Source of the DNA: Psammoneis japonica
Lineage: Eukaryota
NCBI GenBank assembly: GCA_008632985.1
Contig: QPGO01000026.1
Location: 372,001-436,000 of the forward strand
Direction: 5' to 3'
DNA: 64,000 nt
In this document: in pieces, positions 60,188 to 64,000 of the stretch
Position numbering within the stretch: the first letter of the stretch is position 1
Layout: every line of letters starts with the position of its first letter
Position numbers and translations under genes: made by a program
The notes under the pieces: model-generated
Told to the model about the DNA's origin: nothing
The model's input: the letters and a program-made list of their open reading frames with translations, nothing else
The model's database searches: none

Positions 60188-61906
60188 ATGCATCTCCACA
60201 ATACACCACTCCTATCGCCACCATGGCGCTTGACGGCACGGTTTACACTGTTGACAGCTTCAACGTTACTGCTTTTTCAGGAGGTGTCCGCTGCATTCGA
60301 ATTTGTTTGTCCGGTAAATGGTCTAGAGGACTCATCCTCGGAACTCCAGGCAAAAGACGAAAATGGCCCGGATTTTTCAGGTGTCTCTGGACTGGCCTTC
60401 TCTTCCATCCAAACAGGACCTTCAGGTCAGCCTGTCATGTACGCCAACATTGATAGAGGAAACGGTAAAAGGTTGGGTATTTTTGATTCGGGTTCCGGAG
60501 AACGGTTGCTAACGCTCCAAATTCCAAGCCTTCCTTCTGCCTTTGATTGGGAGTCTCTTGCCATTGGATCGTGCGGCATTCATTGGGAGGCCGAATCGTG
60601 TATCTACATTGGTGATATCGGCGATGGCTATGCAAACCAAAACGGCGGGGCTGAATCGGGAAGACAGGGAAACCCTTATCGAATCTACAAGATAAGAGAA
60701 CCAGTTCTACACAAGTTCAATGATAATGATGTCATTCCAGCGAATGATACGTATGCATTGGAATATGATTACCGCCACCCATCATCTCCCACCGAATTCG
60801 CTGACTGCGAAGCCATGTTTTTGGACCATCAGGGTTGGGGGGAAGGAGAGAGTAAAGGCGACATTTACTTAGTTACCAAATGGGGTGCCGCCTACAAGAA
60901 GTACTATACGAGGTTGTTTCAAATTCCCGCATCTGCCTGGGATTTGTCAGAGGTTCCCTATTCACCTGCATCTGTGGGGAATTGTCCCAATGGGGGCTAC
61001 TTATATGGCAGAACGTTTACAATGGCAGACATGACATTGGACGGCACTCTGATCGCTTTTGGTGGCTCAGCTAGATGCACAGTGGTATTTCCGCGATGTC
61101 CCGGTGTCAGTGTCGCCGAAGCCCTGACGGGTGACGCCGAGGGATGCGTAAAATGGCAGCATATCCCTGGTCGAACGAAAACCTTTGCATGGAGTCTGGA
61201 TGGAACCCGAAATCTGATCGTATCGGAACGTGAAGCGTGCGACCCTCGAGGCCCGCCCTTAGCCTGGACCACCATGGATTTCGATTCCCCAAATGCAACG
61301 ATCATAGGGTGCCCGGATAAAGAGGCAAATGTGCAACCTGCAAGAACCACGGAAGGGTGTCCAACTGTCGTTCCACCGACAGAAGCCCCGCTTCCATTCT
61401 CTGAAGTGTTTGCCGAACTGAAGTGTCAGTACTCAGCATGCCTCGAGGAGTACAAGACAAAGTTTGACTATGCGCCTGAAGGGTTTGCAGAATTAATCCT
61501 CTCCAGATCCGAGGAAAATGTAATGGCCATCAAGAATGTGACGGACCGTGGAGACATCATTGTGTCTGCGGAAATGATGAGAGATTCGCTAAAGTTTTTT
61601 CAGGTATATCGTGCAATAGCTCTCGACGAGGGACGGCTAAATGCTCAAACGTTTGCTGACTGTGCAGGTACATTCGGAGGCAAATGCTCGCTTGACTTTC
61701 TTCGAGGCTTGATTGAAGCGGTGGCAAATGAGGATGAGCTCACGGATGATGTGTACCTCGTGGAAGCGGAAAAGTATTTGGAGCAAGCTAAGGATTTCCT
61801 GCGCGAGAAGAGTTGGAGGCTCGCCACCTCTAGGGCCTTGTGGGGCATTAAACTTATCCTCAGAGGACTTGATGATGATGTCGTCGGCGCTCCTCACTTG
61901 TGCTAA
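60188..61906 (+). CDS. Secreted beta-propeller-like protein, paralog 3 (intact)
   Basis: 572-aa ORF with signal peptide. Motifs DWESLAIG, IYIGDIGD, DCEAMFLD and IYLVTK. Confidence 0.9.
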   Translation: MHLHNTPLLSPPWRLTARFTLLTASTLLLFQEVSAAFEFVCPVNGLEDSSSELQAKDENGPDFSGVSGLAFSSIQTGPSGQPVMYANIDRGNGKRLGIFDSGSGERLLTLQIPSLPSAFDWESLAIGSCGIHWEAESCIYIGDIGDGYANQNGGAESGRQGNPYRIYKIREPVLHKFNDNDVIPANDTYALEYDYRHPSSPTEFADCEAMFLDHQGWGEGESKGDIYLVTKWGAAYKKYYTRLFQIPASAWDLSEVPYSPASVGNCPNGGYLYGRTFTMADMTLDGTLIAFGGSARCTVVFPRCPGVSVAEALTGDAEGCVKWQHIPGRTKTFAWSLDGTRNLIVSEREACDPRGPPLAWTTMDFDSPNATIIGCPDKEANVQPARTTEGCPTVVPPTEAPLPFSEVFAELKCQYSACLEEYKTKFDYAPEGFAELILSRSEENVMAIKNVTDRGDIIVSAEMMRDSLKFFQVYRAIALDEGRLNAQTFADCAGTFGGKCSLDFLRGLIEAVANEDELTDDVYLVEAEKYLEQAKDFLREKSWRLATSRALWGIKLILRGLDDDVVGAPHLC

Positions 61907-64000
61907 TAATGTCTAGAAAAGGCGGCGATGTTTACGTGCTTCACTGTTGATTTGAGAGGCCGTCAGCGACTTCAATTTGCCGGGCAGATTCATGACAGCG
62001 GTGTGCGGTGTCATGGCCCACGCAAGTTTGAATGCCCTCTATATAATACACCAAATAGTGTCCATGATTATTTAAAAGCTTTATGTGAAAATTGGTTTGA
62101 TATGGATACCTAGCAAAATTGAGGACGGATAACTAACTAGAGTAGAGGGTGCTGCAATCCAAGCAAAGAGTAGGCATCCCAACTCACCGCGGAGCCTTGA
62201 TGCCGTTCCAGGCTCAGATTCATCTTGAGACAAGGATCACGCATGGCCACTTTCATCGTTCCAATATATTATAGTACTCAAGATACGTCGTGAGAAACGT
62301 AAAGAAAGATCCCAATGAAATCAAATGCCTTGTTTCGTCCTTCAAATGAAGCTTGTTGGGAAAATGTGGAGCACTAGCTTGCTCATTGATAAACATGAAC
62401 GAATCACACTCAAGTCAAATAGATCCGCATAAAATGAATCGGTCCACTTGTGTGCTTCTTCCTTGAGCCTTATGTATGGTGCGTATTGGTGCGTGATGTA
62501 TGGTGCGTGTTTACTTGAAGAAAGGAGTGGTGGCATGAGCCTCTTGTCCGACGAATCAGATCAAGCAACGTCAAAGTCCTTAATCATTCCCCAAGACAGG
62601 AGTCCAAACAATAATTCCCAAAATCACTATGTGCTCGGAGGTATTGCACAAGCCCGTTACAGTACAGTAGTCAAAACAGCGCTTCTGTCACACAGCATCC
62701 GACCCATCGAGAATACGACGAAGGACAACCACGGATTGCGATGACTCTCGGCTGAGAGCGTTGTGATGATTCGACTATTGGTCGAATATGAGAGGTGTCA
62801 CCAACAAAAGGGTCGGTGACAGCAGATGGCATTGTTGTGCTCTTGTTGTTGCTTCACCAGAGAGTTGGGAAGATCGCTTCCAAAGTGAGGGTGGGAAACT
62901 GCACGCGCAAGCATGCATGAGCACATACACGCGAATTGTGCATGAATTTGCTCTGTGTTGACGCGGATGGTTCAGGACGGTTGGGCTGGGGGGAAACAAG
63001 CTCATGTTTGACAACATGGCCAATTCATCCGGCTCCAAGCATCAACAATGTCTTCACCACAATTGTTCACAAATGGGGAGGGAAAGGCACCTAAAATGGC
63101 AGAGTCGCAAGAGCATCTTGATTGAACACAAATCAATCCACCGATCAGAAGCAAGTCTCAACGCAACCCACGGCAATGGCGCCAAATGCACCAGCATGAT
63201 GTTGCCACTGTTGCAATGAGGACAGCCCCCCACAAACCCACAACTGCCATCATCTCACAGTCTTGATGGTTGGCTGGGTCTTAAAGTCCTTGTTCCTGGC
63301 AGATGATGGACCACCATGACAAAGAATGGTGGCTTTTTGGGGATGCACAAGAACGTCTCAACATGCACACCACCCAGGAAGGAAAAGGAGGCACTCTTTT
63401 TAACCCTGTTCTCATCAATCGCTCTCTGAGTAACTTTTTGGGGAACCTCTAGAGGCTTGCATTTGAAGTGAGTGTGATGTTGACACCGGCAGCCCAAGAC
63501 CGATTCCAGCTCTTGCTGGTGGACAAAGACAATGACTTGTTTTTGTGCCAGGTCATTTCTGCTGTGGTGGTCTGATGCATCATTGTCTTGACCTGCTTTC
63601 TCTTTAAGGTCCATTGTGTCATTTTGCTCCATTGTCTCATCATCATGTGCAGATGGTGGGAAATCAATTTCTTGTGCAGGGAGAAGGTTGCTGTTGCCCA
63701 CTGCTTTAGAGCCAAACAAAACTCTTTGAGATGAGTTGGCTCAGCCAGAGTGTCCATTGCTGGCCCACAGCTGGGTGCTCTCCCTCAGCATTTGCAGCAG
63801 CAGCAGGTTCAAGAAGACATGCAACATTCAAGGAACTTGGGTCATTGACAGTTCTGTCTGCCACCCTGTTGGAGATGACAGGGTCTTGGCCCTTTGTGCA
63901 GCAGACAATGTCCTTTGCAGAACACTTTTCTGCTTGAATTTCGAGCATGGATGCCTTCATCCCCACCCAGTGCACTCACCATGTTCATCATCAATTTCAC

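Overview
Eukaryotic nuclear DNA, most likely from a pennate diatom (inferred from an ASAFAP-type plastid-targeted acyl carrier protein and CoDi-like Copia relics). Islands of intact, intronless host genes alternate with blocks of decayed transposons. Host genes: plastid ACP, DUF1769 protein, sulfotransferase-like protein, sphingomyelinase-like EEP enzyme, PDZ protein, GST, a putative glycosyltransferase, and three paralogs of a secreted bacterial-like beta-propeller protein. Transposon relics: Zisupton-like, IS630/Tc1-like with TIRs, Helitron PIF1 fragment, CRE-like and other non-LTR elements, Copia, DIRS-like, a Gypsy element with both LTRs but no RT, and several MITE families. The main observation is that old transposon blocks have lost both CpG and TpA. 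Paired repeat copies in the window show directional TpA->TpG/CpA transitions as well as the expected CpG->TpG/CpA. This rewrites Tyr codons to His/Cys, converts TA target-site duplications, removes TAA/TAG stops, spares young MITEs and duplicated genes, and leaks into flanking DNA. It looks like a transposon-targeted A-to-G hypermutation process, opposite in direction to fungal RIP. The mechanism is inference only. All comparisons were made by eye, and relic boundaries are approximate.
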